A stretch of DNA of 61,975 bases, filler included, from Clostridiaceae bacterium (lineage in GTDB: Bacteria > Bacillota > Clostridia > CAYPLH01 > DUMO01), in assembly GCA_012839865.1 (NCBI GenBank). It is 8 parts of 8 records of this genome, joined end to end, with 100 filler letters (N's around TTAATTAATTAA, not from the genome) between each part and the next. Parts side by side here need not be neighbours in the genome. Positions count along the whole stretch, not along the records: positions 1 to 15,180 come from DUMO01000025.1; positions 15,281 to 23,107 come from DUMO01000026.1; 6 more parts are not named here. One strand, given 5' to 3'. The position numbers and the translations under genes were made by a program. The notes beneath the pieces were generated by a model. That model had not been told where the DNA came from. It ran no database searches and worked only from the letters and a program-made list of their open reading frames with translations. Shown piece by piece: positions 11,418-22,300 of this stretch (position 1 is the stretch's first letter; each line of letters opens with the position of its first letter).

Positions 11418-12185
11418 TTACTTGTTCTTATGTTTAAGTCCCTTGAGAAGCCTGTTGATTACAGTATCATGGGCCAGCTTCTCCAGTGTGTCGTCAATCT
11501 CAAATAATTTGGAAAATTCCCCGCCATATTTTTTCTTAAGAGCAGCTTCCAGCAAATAATCTGCAAAATCCGGGTTTTTCGGAAGGAGGCTCCCGTGCAG
11601 GTATGTGCAATAGGTGTTTTTATAAACAGCGCCTTCAAAGCCATCAATGCCGTTGTTGCCATATCCGGTTAACACCTTGCCCAAAGGCTTTACATCCTTG
11701 CCTAAATAGGTCCTGCCGGCATGGTTTTCAAAACCTGCCACCCTGGTATCCTTACCGTGCATCTCCAGGTTCAGTTCAACCACAATATTGCCTGCTAAGC
11801 GTTTTTTCTCACCGATGGTCCATAAATCAATTGCTCCGAGAAACTCCGTTTCCTTTCCGTCCGAAGACTTGTAATATTTTCCGAGCACCTGGAATCCTCC
11901 GCAAATACACAGGAATACGGTATTGTTTTCTATTGCTTCTTTTATGGCTTCCCCTTTTACCTTGACTATATCTTCATGTATTATTTGCTGTTCATAGTCC
12001 TGACCGCCGCCCATAAAGACAATGTCGTACAATTCAGGATAAAACGCGTCTCCCGGTGAAACATTGTGGATGTTTACATCAATACCCCTCCAGAGGGAAC
12101 GCATTTTCAGGGAGATTATATTTCCCCTGTCCCCGTATAGATTGAGTATGTCGGGATAAAGGTGGCATATTTCAAGAGTTGGCAT
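11418..12185 (-). CDS. gatD: Lipid II isoglutaminyl synthase, glutaminase subunit (CobB/CobQ-like)
   Basis: HLYPDILNLYGDRGN, GGGQDYEQ, LCICGGFQVLG, GFENHAGRT, YLHGSLLPKNP. It follows a murT-like gene. Confidence 0.88.
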   Translation of the reverse strand: MPTLEICHLYPDILNLYGDRGNIISLKMRSLWRGIDVNIHNVSPGDAFYPELYDIVFMGGGQDYEQQIIHEDIVKVKGEAIKEAIENNTVFLCICGGFQVLGKYYKSSDGKETEFLGAIDLWTIGEKKRLAGNIVVELNLEMHGKDTRVAGFENHAGRTYLGKDVKPLGKVLTGYGNNGIDGFEGAVYKNTYCTYLHGSLLPKNPDFADYLLEAALKKKYGGEFSKLFEIDDTLEKLAHDTVINRLLKGLKHKNK

Positions 12186-12217
12186 CAACAAGCCTCCTAA
12201 TTTTTTTGATACATTTT

Positions 12218-12308
12218 ACTCTTTTCAGGATTGCTCAAGCTCTTTTCAGAATTCCTTAAAATCTGGAATCTGGAATTCCTTCAACTCTTATTTCCAGAAT
12301 TCCTTCAA
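12218..12308. repeat. Four degenerate 21-25 bp echoes of the murT 3' end
   Basis: On the minus strand: TTGAAGGAATTCTGGAAATAAGAG (murT end), TTGAAGGAATTCCAG.., TTAAGGAATTCTGAAAAGAGC, TTGAGCAATCCTGAAAAGAGT. Confidence 0.6.
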
Positions 12309-13688
12309 ATTAAATTCAGTACCCAGCAGTTTTCTTACTTCAAGCATTGCCGTATATGTAGGAAGAACAAACAGGGTTTCGTCCTCTGACAAAAGCCTGA
12401 TGGAGTCTTCAATAATAGTCTTCATGTTTTTTTCAATGAAAATCAGACCAGGATCAATACCGGCATATTTAAGCCTGACTGCCATGTCTTCCGCTCTGAT
12501 ACCCCCACAGTAGAAACGTACTACCAGATTTCGCAGGTCCCTGAAAAGCTCAATGTCCACATCCCACAGCCATGAAATGTCTGTGCCATCAGCATCGTTG
12601 TCATTTATAAAGAAGGCAATCACCATTTTCTTCTTTTCGGAAAACAGGTAATCTATAACCTGATTGAAGCCGGTGGGGTTTTTTATAAGAATCAATCTTA
12701 TATGACGTCCTTCATGCTCGATTATTTCCATCCTTCCAAACCCGCATTCAAAAGTTCCAAGGGCGTCAATAATGGTGCCTGTCGGAACCCCGAGGGCCTT
12801 TGCGCATGCCGATGCCGCAAGGGCATTGTAAACATTGTACAGGCCGGGAAGGTTTATTTGCACACTGTGGGAGTTGTTTACTTCATACTCGTCAAAGCGC
12901 AGGGCAACATCTGAACCAGACAACGAAAGCCGGTTTACCCCAATGCAGGCAACAGATGCTTCCGGTCTTTTGAAGCCGCACCCCGGGCAGAAGAAATGCC
13001 CCAGGTGGCCGTATGTCCTTGCAGAGTATTGGTATTTTTCAGTGCAATATATGCAGTTTGAAGCATCAGCCCCGGCGATGTCTGCAGAACTTCTGCTGCT
13101 GTTATACCCATCAATACCGTAATATATTACCTTGTTCGGAACTTCCCTGCCAATGTACGAGCTTAAGGAGTCGTCGGCGTTAAGCACCAGCACAGCGTTT
13201 GGGCATTGCGAAATCCCGGTTTTAACATTTTGGACCGTGGTTAAAAGCTCGCCATACCTGTCAAGCTGGTCCCTGAAAAAATTCGTTACCACTATTACTT
13301 TCGGTGAAAGCAGTGGTGCCACTGTTTTAAACGCAGCTTCATCCGATTCAATAACCGCCATGATGCAGGAAAAATTTCCTCTTATGCTTGCAGCTTCAAT
13401 AAAAGCAGTGGTTATGCCGCTTTTCAGGTTTGCTCCCGACCGGTTCTGCAAATGCGGAATATCGTTTATTTCAAGAATGCGGCTTATGATTCTGCCTGTG
13501 GTTGTCTTCCCGTTTGTGCCGGTTATGAGTATTACATTAAGTTTCCCGGAAAGCCGGAGAAGTATTCCGGGATATATTTTAGCTGCCAATCTTCCGGGCA
13601 GGGTTGTCCCCCCACTTCCCGTAAAACGCAGAAACCATATAAGAAACTTTGCGGCAATCATTGCTAAAGTGAAAAGCAAATTCTTCAA
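12288..13688 (-). CDS. murT: Lipid II isoglutaminyl synthase, Mur-ligase subunit (MurT, DUF1727)
   Basis: ITGTNGKTTT, TNFFRDQLDRYGE, Cys4 insert (CIYC...CPGC), LIKNPTGFNQ, DADGTDISWLWDVD. Confidence 0.9.
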   Translation of the reverse strand: MKNLLFTLAMIAAKFLIWFLRFTGSGGTTLPGRLAAKIYPGILLRLSGKLNVILITGTNGKTTTGRIISRILEINDIPHLQNRSGANLKSGITTAFIEAASIRGNFSCIMAVIESDEAAFKTVAPLLSPKVIVVTNFFRDQLDRYGELLTTVQNVKTGISQCPNAVLVLNADDSLSSYIGREVPNKVIYYGIDGYNSSRSSADIAGADASNCIYCTEKYQYSARTYGHLGHFFCPGCGFKRPEASVACIGVNRLSLSGSDVALRFDEYEVNNSHSVQINLPGLYNVYNALAASACAKALGVPTGTIIDALGTFECGFGRMEIIEHEGRHIRLILIKNPTGFNQVIDYLFSEKKKMVIAFFINDNDADGTDISWLWDVDIELFRDLRNLVVRFYCGGIRAEDMAVRLKYAGIDPGLIFIEKNMKTIIEDSIRLLSEDETLFVLPTYTAMLEVRKLLGTEFNLKEFWK

Positions 13689-13815
13689 ACCTCCAATTTG
13701 ATTTCAAACATATCACATACTGCTTTTTCTGTCCTAAAACAAATCGATTTAGCTATATTTATTTTGCCCATCGGTTTTCATCAATTAAGTACAAATTCAT
13801 GTCATGTTTGAAATT

Positions 13816-13946
13816 AAAAAGGCATTCACTAAACAATGCACACAGCTAACAACCATTTTGGGCCTGGTTTAAACTGAATTGCATTATTCAATGAACGCCA
13901 TTGTTCAATCTCTTTAATTATATTGAGCTGTGAAATGGTTTGTCAA
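13816..13946 (-). promoter_or_regulatory. murT-gatD sigmaA promoter plus ANTAR-type hairpin/terminator leader
   Basis: TTGACA(13946-13941)-N18-TATAAT(13922-13917). Hairpin TGAAC-AATGGC-GTTCA (13907-13892). Terminator GGCGTTCATTGAATAATGCA...TGCATTGTTTAGTGAATGCC-TTTTT. Confidence 0.78.
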
Positions 13947-14024
13947 CGGCCATATGGTAATAAAAAAAATACCGTCAAAAAGGAGAAAATATATCCATGG
14001 AGTTTTCAAACAGATTTCCTCTTC

Positions 14025-14405
14025 TTATACAATTGCTAATACCTTATACCCGATTAATCCCAAAACCAGTATCCACAGCAATACAATAATCACACCTGCA
14101 GCCTTGGCCTCCGGAATATCGCTTTTCATTTTTATCTCGGCTTCTTGCCTGCATTCTTCCATAATTTTTGATGGTATCAGCTTTAATGCAATTGCAACCC
14201 CTACAGGTATCAGTATGAAGTCATCCAAATAACCTAATACCGGGATAAAGTCAGGAATCAGGTCTATAGGACTTAGTGCATATGCAACTACAACAGCAGT
14301 AAATACCTTTGCAAGCAAAGGTGTCTCTTTCTTTTTATATGCCAGATATAAAGCAAAAACCTGTTTCTTTAACTCTTTTGCTTTTTCTTTAATTTTCTCT
14401 ATCAT
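14025..14405 (-). CDS. YkvA/DUF1232 family membrane protein
   Basis: YALSPIDLIPDFIPVLGYLDD signature. Confidence 0.9.
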   Translation of the reverse strand: MIEKIKEKAKELKKQVFALYLAYKKKETPLLAKVFTAVVVAYALSPIDLIPDFIPVLGYLDDFILIPVGVAIALKLIPSKIMEECRQEAEIKMKSDIPEAKAAGVIIVLLWILVLGLIGYKVLAIV

Positions 14406-14468
14406 ACTCAGGTTTCTTATGCACTCCATTTTATGACTTATACACATTAATCTTATTCAGGATTTCTT

Positions 14469-14807
14469 TTATTTCAATTCATCAGGAATTTCGGCCACTG
14501 TATCCGCCTTATATAAACTATAAGTGGACATTATTACATCGTAATATTCTATAATCCATTCATCGGCTGAAAAGCCTTTTACCTCAAACACTTTATGCTT
14601 TCTATCACCATTAATTATTCCTATTTGCTTACCTATGAGCGAATCCTTTGGCAGGGCACCGTAAAATGTATAATTTATGTTTCCCCGCTGTAACTTTAAA
14701 CCGCTGTCAAGTTCTTGAAAACTCTCATATTCCTTATCAGTGCAGGAAGAAAATAAAGCCACCAACAAAATGATAGCCAGCAGAAAAGATAATTTCTTCG
14801 TAATCAG
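14469..14807 (-). CDS. Small lipoprotein
   Basis: The frame extends upstream as KKLSFLLAIILLVALFSSC (signal plus lipobox). The RBS AAGGAG is followed only by CTG or ATT as possible starts. Confidence 0.65.
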   Translation of the reverse strand: MITKKLSFLLAIILLVALFSSCTDKEYESFQELDSGLKLQRGNINYTFYGALPKDSLIGKQIGIINGDRKHKVFEVKGFSADEWIIEYYDVIMSTYSLYKADTVAEIPDELK

Positions 14808-15180
14808 TCACTCCTTTATATGCTATAAATAACCTACACTTCTAATTATCCTGCAAGTATGTACCTCATGCCTTTATTTTACACTATAACCAATTCACCT
14901 GTTAAGACATAAATCCCACAGCCCTTCAGGATTTCTCCTGTATCTGCTGCGGGATTCTGGAACAAACTTTATTATCATTGAGTCAACTTTACTTGAATTA
15001 TACAACAACTGTATATTTAAAATAAACTCCGCTCCAAACCGAAATCCCTCAAACCCTTATCCCTTCTCGCCTTAACCCTATTCTCCTAATCTCTTCCATA
15101 TAATAAAGTCCGCTCTAAAATCTCATATTTTTATCCCATTTATTAACACTTTTTCCTTAATCCTTGTAATGATTTTTAAA

Positions 15181-15280
15181 NNNNNNNNNNNNNNNNNNNN
15201 NNNNNNNNNNNNNNNNNNNNNNNNTTAATTAATTAANNNNNNNNNNNNNNNNNNNNNNNNNNNNNNNNNNNNNNNNNNNN
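15181..15280. other. Artificial scaffold/contig linker
   Basis: N44-TTAATTAATTAA-N44 (stops in all six frames). Confidence 0.98.
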
Positions 15281-17342
15281 AATGCTCATCTTGTGGGAGT
15301 GTACCTTCTGTATCCTTGTTGGCAGTGCCTTTTGAGGAGAAATATTTATATGCAAACATTGTTAAAAGGGCCAAAACAATTGCCAAAAAGGCAAGCAAAC
15401 CGATAATTCCCGTCTCTACCCCAAGCTGCAGTATAAAGTTGTGGGCCTGGGTGGTGTAGTAATCATAGGATTGATACTTCTGAAACAAAAATTTCCACGC
15501 CCCGCCCCCTGCGCCAATAAGCGGATAATCACTGAACATTTTAAGTCCGTCCCTGTAATAAATCCCGCGCATAAGTCCGCTTTTATTGGCCTGCAGGTCC
15601 TTTAACCTGGTAGTTATAATCTGGGGCATGAATTTGTATTTTAATATTAGATTTTTTACAATCTTGCCTGTTGAGGCATCCACTATCGAGGCATTGTTGA
15701 ATGTTGCTTTTGTTCCGGGATAATGGTTTATGAAGTTGAAATCTACAATTCTGCTCTCTGTCGGTACTTTAAAACTTATTTCCTTTTTTTGAACTCCATC
15801 CGTTGCTTTTTCGGAAAGCACATTCAAAAGGTCCCCGGTTTCTACAAACAGGATGTTCTTCTCATTTCTGCTGTAGATTTCAACCCGGTATGCAAAGGGC
15901 ACATCTTCCTTCATATCGGCCTGCACATCAAATACAAGCTTGTATTCCCTGCCCGGCTCCAGCACCGTATGTATATCCTCCAGGGTATACAGTTCTTTAT
16001 CACCTTCATAGTTTGATAATGCAAGTGGCGCTGATACTGTCAGCACAACCACCACTGCTGCAATTGCAATTGCAACAATCCCGGTGGCAAGGGCTGTGTA
16101 CGCCTTCCAGCTTATGCTTTCAAGGTATTTCACAATGTAATCAAGTAAAACTGTAATAAGTGATGAAGCTGCCGCACCCAGTATTGACAGAAGCCAGACT
16201 GCTCCGCTGAATTCGGTTTCGTTCATGTACGGCGTAAGCTTCATTGTAAGCAGGAAGGCCGGCAAAACCGGAGCCAGCATATATGCAAGCCCCTTTATTC
16301 TGCTGCCCCTGGGAAGAGTTACGAGGTAAATAAGCGCAACAAACGGTATTACAATAAATGCTCCGCGGCTTAATGTGTGGATAAATACCAGCATAATAAG
16401 GAAACTTGCCGCACTTGATGCAATTCTGCTCCCTTTTCCACGGGATATGACAGTAATACCTGTTGCGACAAAGAAAGCCACGATCAGATACCCTGCCAGG
16501 GCATTAACATACTGGAATGTGGAGGCAAGTCGCCCGTAGTCTGTCATTGCCCCGAAATAAATTCTTACATTTATCTGTTCAAAAAATTTATTGAGAACTT
16601 TTGCAAGCACACTTCCCGATACAGCATCTAAGGCCAGTATGCAGACACCGACGGCAGATGCGGTCAGTACCCACAATAATCTGATTTTATGCTTAAACTC
16701 AGCTGCAAGCTCCGATACCATTAAAAATACTGCAAAATAAGTGCAATATCTTACCCATTCAAATATGGCTTCCCGCTTTGCAACAGCTCCGAATATTGCT
16801 AAGAAATATACTCCCACAAGCAAAAGGGCTGCATAATCAAGAGGTGTTTCAAGAAACCTTTTATCCCTTGACAATATTTTCGAAAGCCAAAACAGGGCAA
16901 ATGCACCGAAAACTATTAACTCGGCGTAAAGAGTTTCTCTTTCAAAAAACAATCCTCTTGGAAAAGGCGAATAGAAAAGTACGGCTGCTACTATGACCAA
17001 TACCAATGCTTTTAAGCGGTGTGAAAGCTTAACCAGTAATTCGCTGTTATAAAATTTGTTCACTTTATCTAAATAGGTTTTCACCTGGTTTTGCTTGGCT
17101 GAGCCCCCGGGTTTTTGTTTTACTGAAGCAGCCGGGTTTCGCCTTTTTGAATCATTTTGAATGATGTTCTTTTGAGCCGGTTCAGTCCGTTTTTCGGATT
17201 CCTTGCCACGATTTGAATCAAAAGCGTTATCCGGCTTGTTTTGTGCCAGGTTTTCATTCCTGGTTTCGTTGGTGTTATCCTTTAATCTCGCCAAAACTAT
17301 ATACCTGCTTTCAATTATGTATTGATAATATTTCATCCCCAA
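15281..17342 (-). CDS. O-antigen ligase/Wzy_C-like membrane protein (candidate S-layer oligosaccharyltransferase), 3' end cut by gap
   Basis: Many TM segments; RLASTFQYVNALAGYL, TLSRGAF, PLIGAGGGAW, AHNFILQLGVETGIIGL. Exact start uncertain. Confidence 0.8.
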
Positions 17343-17406
17343 TCCATCTTGGATGCAGGATTATGCTAATTTTGCTTTATATTGAATCAGTCTATAAAAT
17401 AGAATT

Positions 17407-17940
17407 TTAGTCATGCACCAATTTTATAAAATCAATAAAAGAAACCTCAAGTTTTTGAAGTTCTTCAATCCTGTCCGGTTCCCACGCAATTATTTTACTA
17501 TTTTTTTTCCTGGTTGTACATAGTTCTTTTAACATGTCTAAAGACATAATGTGTATATATTGTATATCATGCACTTTTAACCTGCCCTGCAGCATTGATA
17601 AAAGCTCATCATCGCTCCCGTAAAGAATCATAAAACAGCCCTGGTTATCATCGTCTGTAAGCATTTTCTCAATTTTGCCGTCAACTTCCCGTAGATAATT
17701 GTAAGAGCTGATTATGTAGTTGTATGTAGCCATTGCTTTGCTTTTAAGCCCGGTGGGAGTCAGAATATAGCGAATCGTCCTTGGACTTAACCTCTCCATC
17801 TTTATAAGCCCTTTTTTAATAAGGCGCTTAAGAACCAGGTTCACGGTACCAAGGGACAACCCTGTATGCTTCGCCATATCCCTCTGGGTTATGACATTGT
17901 TTTGATCAATTGCGTTTAAAATTTGCTGCTCATTGTTCAT
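17407..17940 (-). CDS. Winged-helix (MarR-like) regulator of the polysaccharide-locus type
   Basis: ITQRDMAKHTGLSLGTVNLVLKRLIKKGLIK...IRYILTPTGL. Confidence 0.85.
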   Translation of the reverse strand: MNNEQQILNAIDQNNVITQRDMAKHTGLSLGTVNLVLKRLIKKGLIKMERLSPRTIRYILTPTGLKSKAMATYNYIISSYNYLREVDGKIEKMLTDDDNQGCFMILYGSDDELLSMLQGRLKVHDIQYIHIMSLDMLKELCTTRKKNSKIIAWEPDRIEELQKLEVSFIDFIKLVHD

Positions 17941-18045
17941 ATGAAAACCTCTACCTGGATTTATTGTTATTGTTCAGGTTAATAGACTATTTTTCATGAA
18001 CAAACAGCTTTATTACTGCAGTACGGCTTCGGCAAGGAAAACAAT

Positions 18046-18137
18046 CAGTTTAAAATGCCTTGAAACCTAAGTAATTCCGTGAACTCGCTTCGCTCAAACA
18101 CACGGACATTACTAAGATTCCAAGGCATTTTAAACTG
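18046..18137. repeat. REP-like palindromic element
   Basis: Perfect 17-bp terminal inverted repeat CAGTTTAAAATGCCTTG, inner stem TCCGTG/CACGGA, loop AACTCGCTTCGCTCAAACA. Confidence 0.65.
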
Positions 18138-18229
18138 TGTTTTCCTATACCTTGCCGTAAAAGCATTAATAAAGCTGATTGTCCATAAAAATTGCACCTG
18201 AACAGTAACAGTTTGTCCACATAATAGAA

Positions 18230-18330
18230 GAGGTAATAAGAAAATTTATCTTGATTTTGGGCATAGCTTTGCCTCTGGCAGGGCATAGTTTGCAGTTTGC
18301 CTGTCAGTAGATAAACTTTCTTATTACCTC
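18230..18330. repeat. Long inverted repeat in the leader of the wHTH/ligase genes
   Basis: 18230-18251 and 18309-18330 are reverse complements at 21 of 22 positions. Confidence 0.7.
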
Positions 18331-18394
18331 CTGCGTTTTTTTGCGGGCCGAAACACCGCAAAAAAGTTTCGGATTTTGTAAGAATTTGCTAGTG

Positions 18395-18452
18395 TGTTCA
18401 TAAGATGAACAGTATTAGTATATATTTTATATAACAAAAATTTAAGAGTCAA
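18395..18452 (-). promoter_or_regulatory. sigmaA promoter with downstream palindromic operator
   Basis: TTGACT(18452-18447)-N17-TAAAAT(18429-18424), then TGTTCA-N5-TGAACA at 18395-18411. Confidence 0.6.
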
Positions 18453-18520
18453 GATTTTTAATGCTGCAGTATATTTTCTCCGGCCTGAAAAGCCTCATTC
18501 AGCCTTATCATTATATAGCC

Positions 18521-19042
18521 TTACGCCGGTTGCAGCACTGATATGCCCAGATCCACCAGCCTGGGCTCCCCGAGAAAGTTCAGCTGTACCTTTGCCCTTC
18601 CCTTTCTGTGGTCCACACTTACAATAATGCCTTCCTGGGATACCAAAGGGCCGTCCACTACAACAACCCTGCCGTTTTGGACAAACACATTCGAAAAGCC
18701 TATTGTCTCATCATTGCATATAAGCTTGTTTATAATTTCCATTTCGTACCGTGGAATTTTAAGCGGTTCATGGCCGCCCCGAAGGAGCCTTATAAGCCCC
18801 GGAATGCCTTTAAGACGATAATAACCGTCAACATCCAGATTGCCATTTATTAGTATATATCCTGGAAAAAGTGTTTTGATGCAATGTATCCATTTTCCCT
18901 GCTTTCTCTCCCTTAACCTGCGTTTTGGTACCAGCACCCTCAATTCATCGCGAAAGCGGTACAAAATGCGCTCCTTTACTTTTTCCTCTTCACCGGTAAT
19001 AACGAATAAGGCATACCAGTTATTCACACTTTTATCTTCCAT
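18521..19042 (-). CDS. loaP: NusG-paralog antiterminator (LoaP/UpxY-like)
   Basis: NGN domain WYALFVITGEEEKV...LFPGYIL, and KOW domain VVVVDGPL...GIIVSVDHRKGRAKV. Polysaccharide-locus context. Confidence 0.85.
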   Translation of the reverse strand: MEDKSVNNWYALFVITGEEEKVKERILYRFRDELRVLVPKRRLRERKQGKWIHCIKTLFPGYILINGNLDVDGYYRLKGIPGLIRLLRGGHEPLKIPRYEMEIINKLICNDETIGFSNVFVQNGRVVVVDGPLVSQEGIIVSVDHRKGRAKVQLNFLGEPRLVDLGISVLQPA

Positions 19043-19057
19043 ACCCCACAGCCCCTT

Positions 19058-19108
19058 TGTTCATTATCTGAACAATATAAGTTTATTAAATATGAATTCT
19101 TTTGTCAA
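19058..19108 (-). promoter_or_regulatory. loaP sigmaA promoter with the same palindromic operator
   Basis: TTGACA(19108-19103)-N17-TAAACT(19085-19080), then TGTTCA-N5-TGAACA at 19058-19074. Confidence 0.62.
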
Positions 19109-19255
19109 TATGCTGTCAAATTTTGTTGAATCAAGCAGGGGACGGTTGCAGGCCTATTGCACATGGTCCAGGAGTACAGCTGTTGCAGTTAACTAACTTA
19201 ATGAGAGACTCTTTTGCCTGCCAGTCATCCCTTGGCCATCCCTGCCCCACCTATT

Positions 19256-19285
19256 AAAAACCGGGGTTTTTACACCCCGGCTTTT
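19256..19285 (-). terminator. Intrinsic terminator after the S-layer gene
   Basis: CCGGGGT/ACCCCGG stem flanked by A- and T-tracts. Confidence 0.75.
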
Positions 19286-19367
19286 ATGGTTTTTATTACA
19301 TTTTTACATATTCTTTTATGTTCCGGATTTTCTTCCGGGAGCAGCTATCCTCGCATCCTTAGAAAGC

Positions 19368-22300
19368 TTATTCATTTACGTCCCGAACAACTTGTGTACC
19401 TAACGGAACTACTGCATTGCCTGCATTATCAGTTAAGAATTCCGGCCTTATAAGGGTTACACTCATATCTCCCTTCTTGGAGGATGATACTGTTATTGTC
19501 AAATACCTGCCGCTTAAACTTACAGTATAATCAACAATGGGAACAAGCGTATTTCCATTGGAATCCTTGACATCAATTCCGGATGCCATAATACTGTCGG
19601 CACTTGAAGATCCCAAAGCATCTGCATACTTGACGTCCTCGCTAAACGTCAAAATTATCCTGCCGGAATTGTTGGTATCCCGTGCTGTACTTATCTGTTC
19701 TGCGTTGAGTTTGTCGGTTACCAGCTTCTTACCTGTAATAATGACATCTTTATCGTTCATGTCTTTGACTCCGGGTGCAAGCCACATGAACACTCCAAGT
19801 CTGGTGTTTTCATCTTTGCTTACAGTACAATCACTATTAAAAGGCACTGAAGTTAAGACATGTATTGATCTTCCATTATCCGTAATCATTGCGCCTATTA
19901 CACCCATATCAAAGCTTTCCCCGTTGGTCAGCTGGAACTTGAAGGCTGAAATATTTGCATCAGTAAATGTATAGCCAGGCTTCAGATCATTTCCTGATGC
20001 ATCTTTGCCAAAGGTCAATTTTATGGTTCTGGGTTCAATTACCTCATAAACAAGGTCGGAAATGGTTACAGGATCATAAGTGCTGCTTATAAACTTCGGC
20101 ATGGTAAATATTGAACCCGGACCTGTAAGATCCTTACCGTTGGCATCCTTTGCTCCCAACAGGATTATTGCATCATAATTGATTTCCTTTGGTATCTTCA
20201 ATGTTACCTTTCTGTTGTCAGAACTGATGCTTTCAACTGTTGCCCCTTTATCGTGCAGCGAAATAAGCTCAGTTCCATATCTTAAGAAGTATGAAGTAAT
20301 ATTATTTATCGTGCTGGCCATCATTGGCTCGGAGAATGTAATTTCAATCCTGTTTTCGGATTTATGCACGGCAAATTCAATTGTAGGAGCTATTGTGTCA
20401 TAAGTCCTGAAAGGAATCTGAATTTTATCAATAGGATTTCTCCTGATTGATTTGTCGGTTATGCCTTCCAGCTCAAGTATATAGTCAGCTATATTAGAGC
20501 TTGTAAGTCCTGTAATTACAACATAGTCATATTCTACGTCCATATCGGAACCGACAGATATAGTTTTCTGGGTCCTGTTGCCCTTGGAATCTATAATTGT
20601 TGCTTTTCCTGAGGTTATATCAACTTCCTTGTTAAATACGATCTGTACGTTATTGTTTTCAAGTACTTTATAACTTAGCAGTTTGGGAGGAGTAGTATCG
20701 TCGGCTATAACCCCGCTAAGGCTTGTTTCAATACACTTGTTGCCCGAAGTGTCTTCCACGTCCTTGACTACAACTGTAAAACCAATCAGGGAGGCTGCAG
20801 TGAGACGCCTGCTCAGGCTGATTTTCAACTGTGTCTTGTTAACTACCGACATAGCGGATTTATTGATTGTAACCTCATCTCCTCCAATCTCTGTAACCTT
20901 CACCACAGGATTGCCGTCAACAGTTATTTCCTCATCAAATGTAATAATCAAAGTGCCTGTATCAGGTGCCTCCACAAGCATTGCCTTGGGAGCAACCACG
21001 TCAACAATTGCGTTAAAGCTGTATGACATTGTTTCCTTAACCGGCAGCCCTGCATAGTCGGTAATTCCAGACAGTATAACTTCATGATATCCTGGTTCTA
21101 TTGGAGACATAAACTCAATCTCAAGATAATTCTTATCAGGAGTAAATTTTGCAAATGCATATAAACCGTCTATTTTAAACTCAACCTTGTTGTTAAGGTT
21201 GTCTTTGTTTGTTGTTTTGTACACTCCATAGGTTGTGAAACTTACCGGTTCGCTGAATAAAAACCTTATTTTCTTCCTGCTTACATATTCCACACCAAGT
21301 GGAACCGGGAATGTAGTATCCACAAGCTCAATGGTTTTTTCATACCGGCCGAGGGGAAGTCCCGTTTGGTCTATAATTCCTTCAAGGATTATTTTAACCG
21401 AGTCTCCCTGGTTCACTGCGTTTGCAAGGTCTATATGTAGTGTTTTTCCATCCTCCGATAATGTCCTGTATGCTATAGCATGAGTTGTAGAAGTTACTGT
21501 TGTATCTTTGACAGAGTTCGGATTAATTGGCTTTGTAAATGTTATAGTAATGGTTTTCAAAGTTTCAGATGATACACTTGCCACCTCTGTTTTTTGCATT
21601 GCTTCCCTTTTTGCATCCAGTATAGCCTTGTGAGCCTCCAGGTCATTCAACAGAGACGTTTTTTTGTCCCCGTCCGAAAGTTTTGCAATTGCCTGTCTTG
21701 CTGCATCTTCCAACATTTCTGCAGCTTCAATTTGTTCAATTGTGTCCGCCGGAGCGTTTTTATAGCCAAGAAGGGCATCCTCTGCATTCTTTATGGTCTG
21801 CAATGTGGCCTTTCTGGATTCAATTGCCGTAGTTTTAGCTGTGAGCCTTGCGTTGAAAATTGCCTTGTCGGTATTGTTCACAACCAGTGAAACTTTCTCT
21901 TCTGCAATTTTCTTCAGGACCTCAGCCTGGGCGATAAGCTCCAATGTAGATATATCTGCATCTTCATACAACTTTACAGCAGCCTCTGCTGCATCTTTAG
22001 CGGCCTTTTCAGCCTTTGCCCTCTCCTCGGCTTCCTTTTCAAGTCTTTCCCTTTCTTCTCTTGCTGCCTTGCCTTCCGGGTAAAGACCCATATCTATTAC
22101 TTTATCTTCATCAACTGCTTTTTTCTCAACAAGAACTGCCATAACGGTTTTGCCGTCTGAATATTTGGCTTGTAAAGCGCTATGGGAAATCCCCACCAGG
22201 TCATCTCTTATCAAAGGTTTATCGTTAAACTTAAGCGCTTCCTGTATGGTAAGACCGCCTATTGATGAAAGGGTTGCTGCCGCAACCTGGTATCCATCGG

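Noticed and set aside
19031..19042. 12-nt match (TTTATCTTCCAT) between the predicted TnpB guide and the loaP start codon region
   Set aside because: The first guide base mismatches, the match is short and AT-rich, and the TAM is unknown; probably chance. A genome-wide guide search would settle it.
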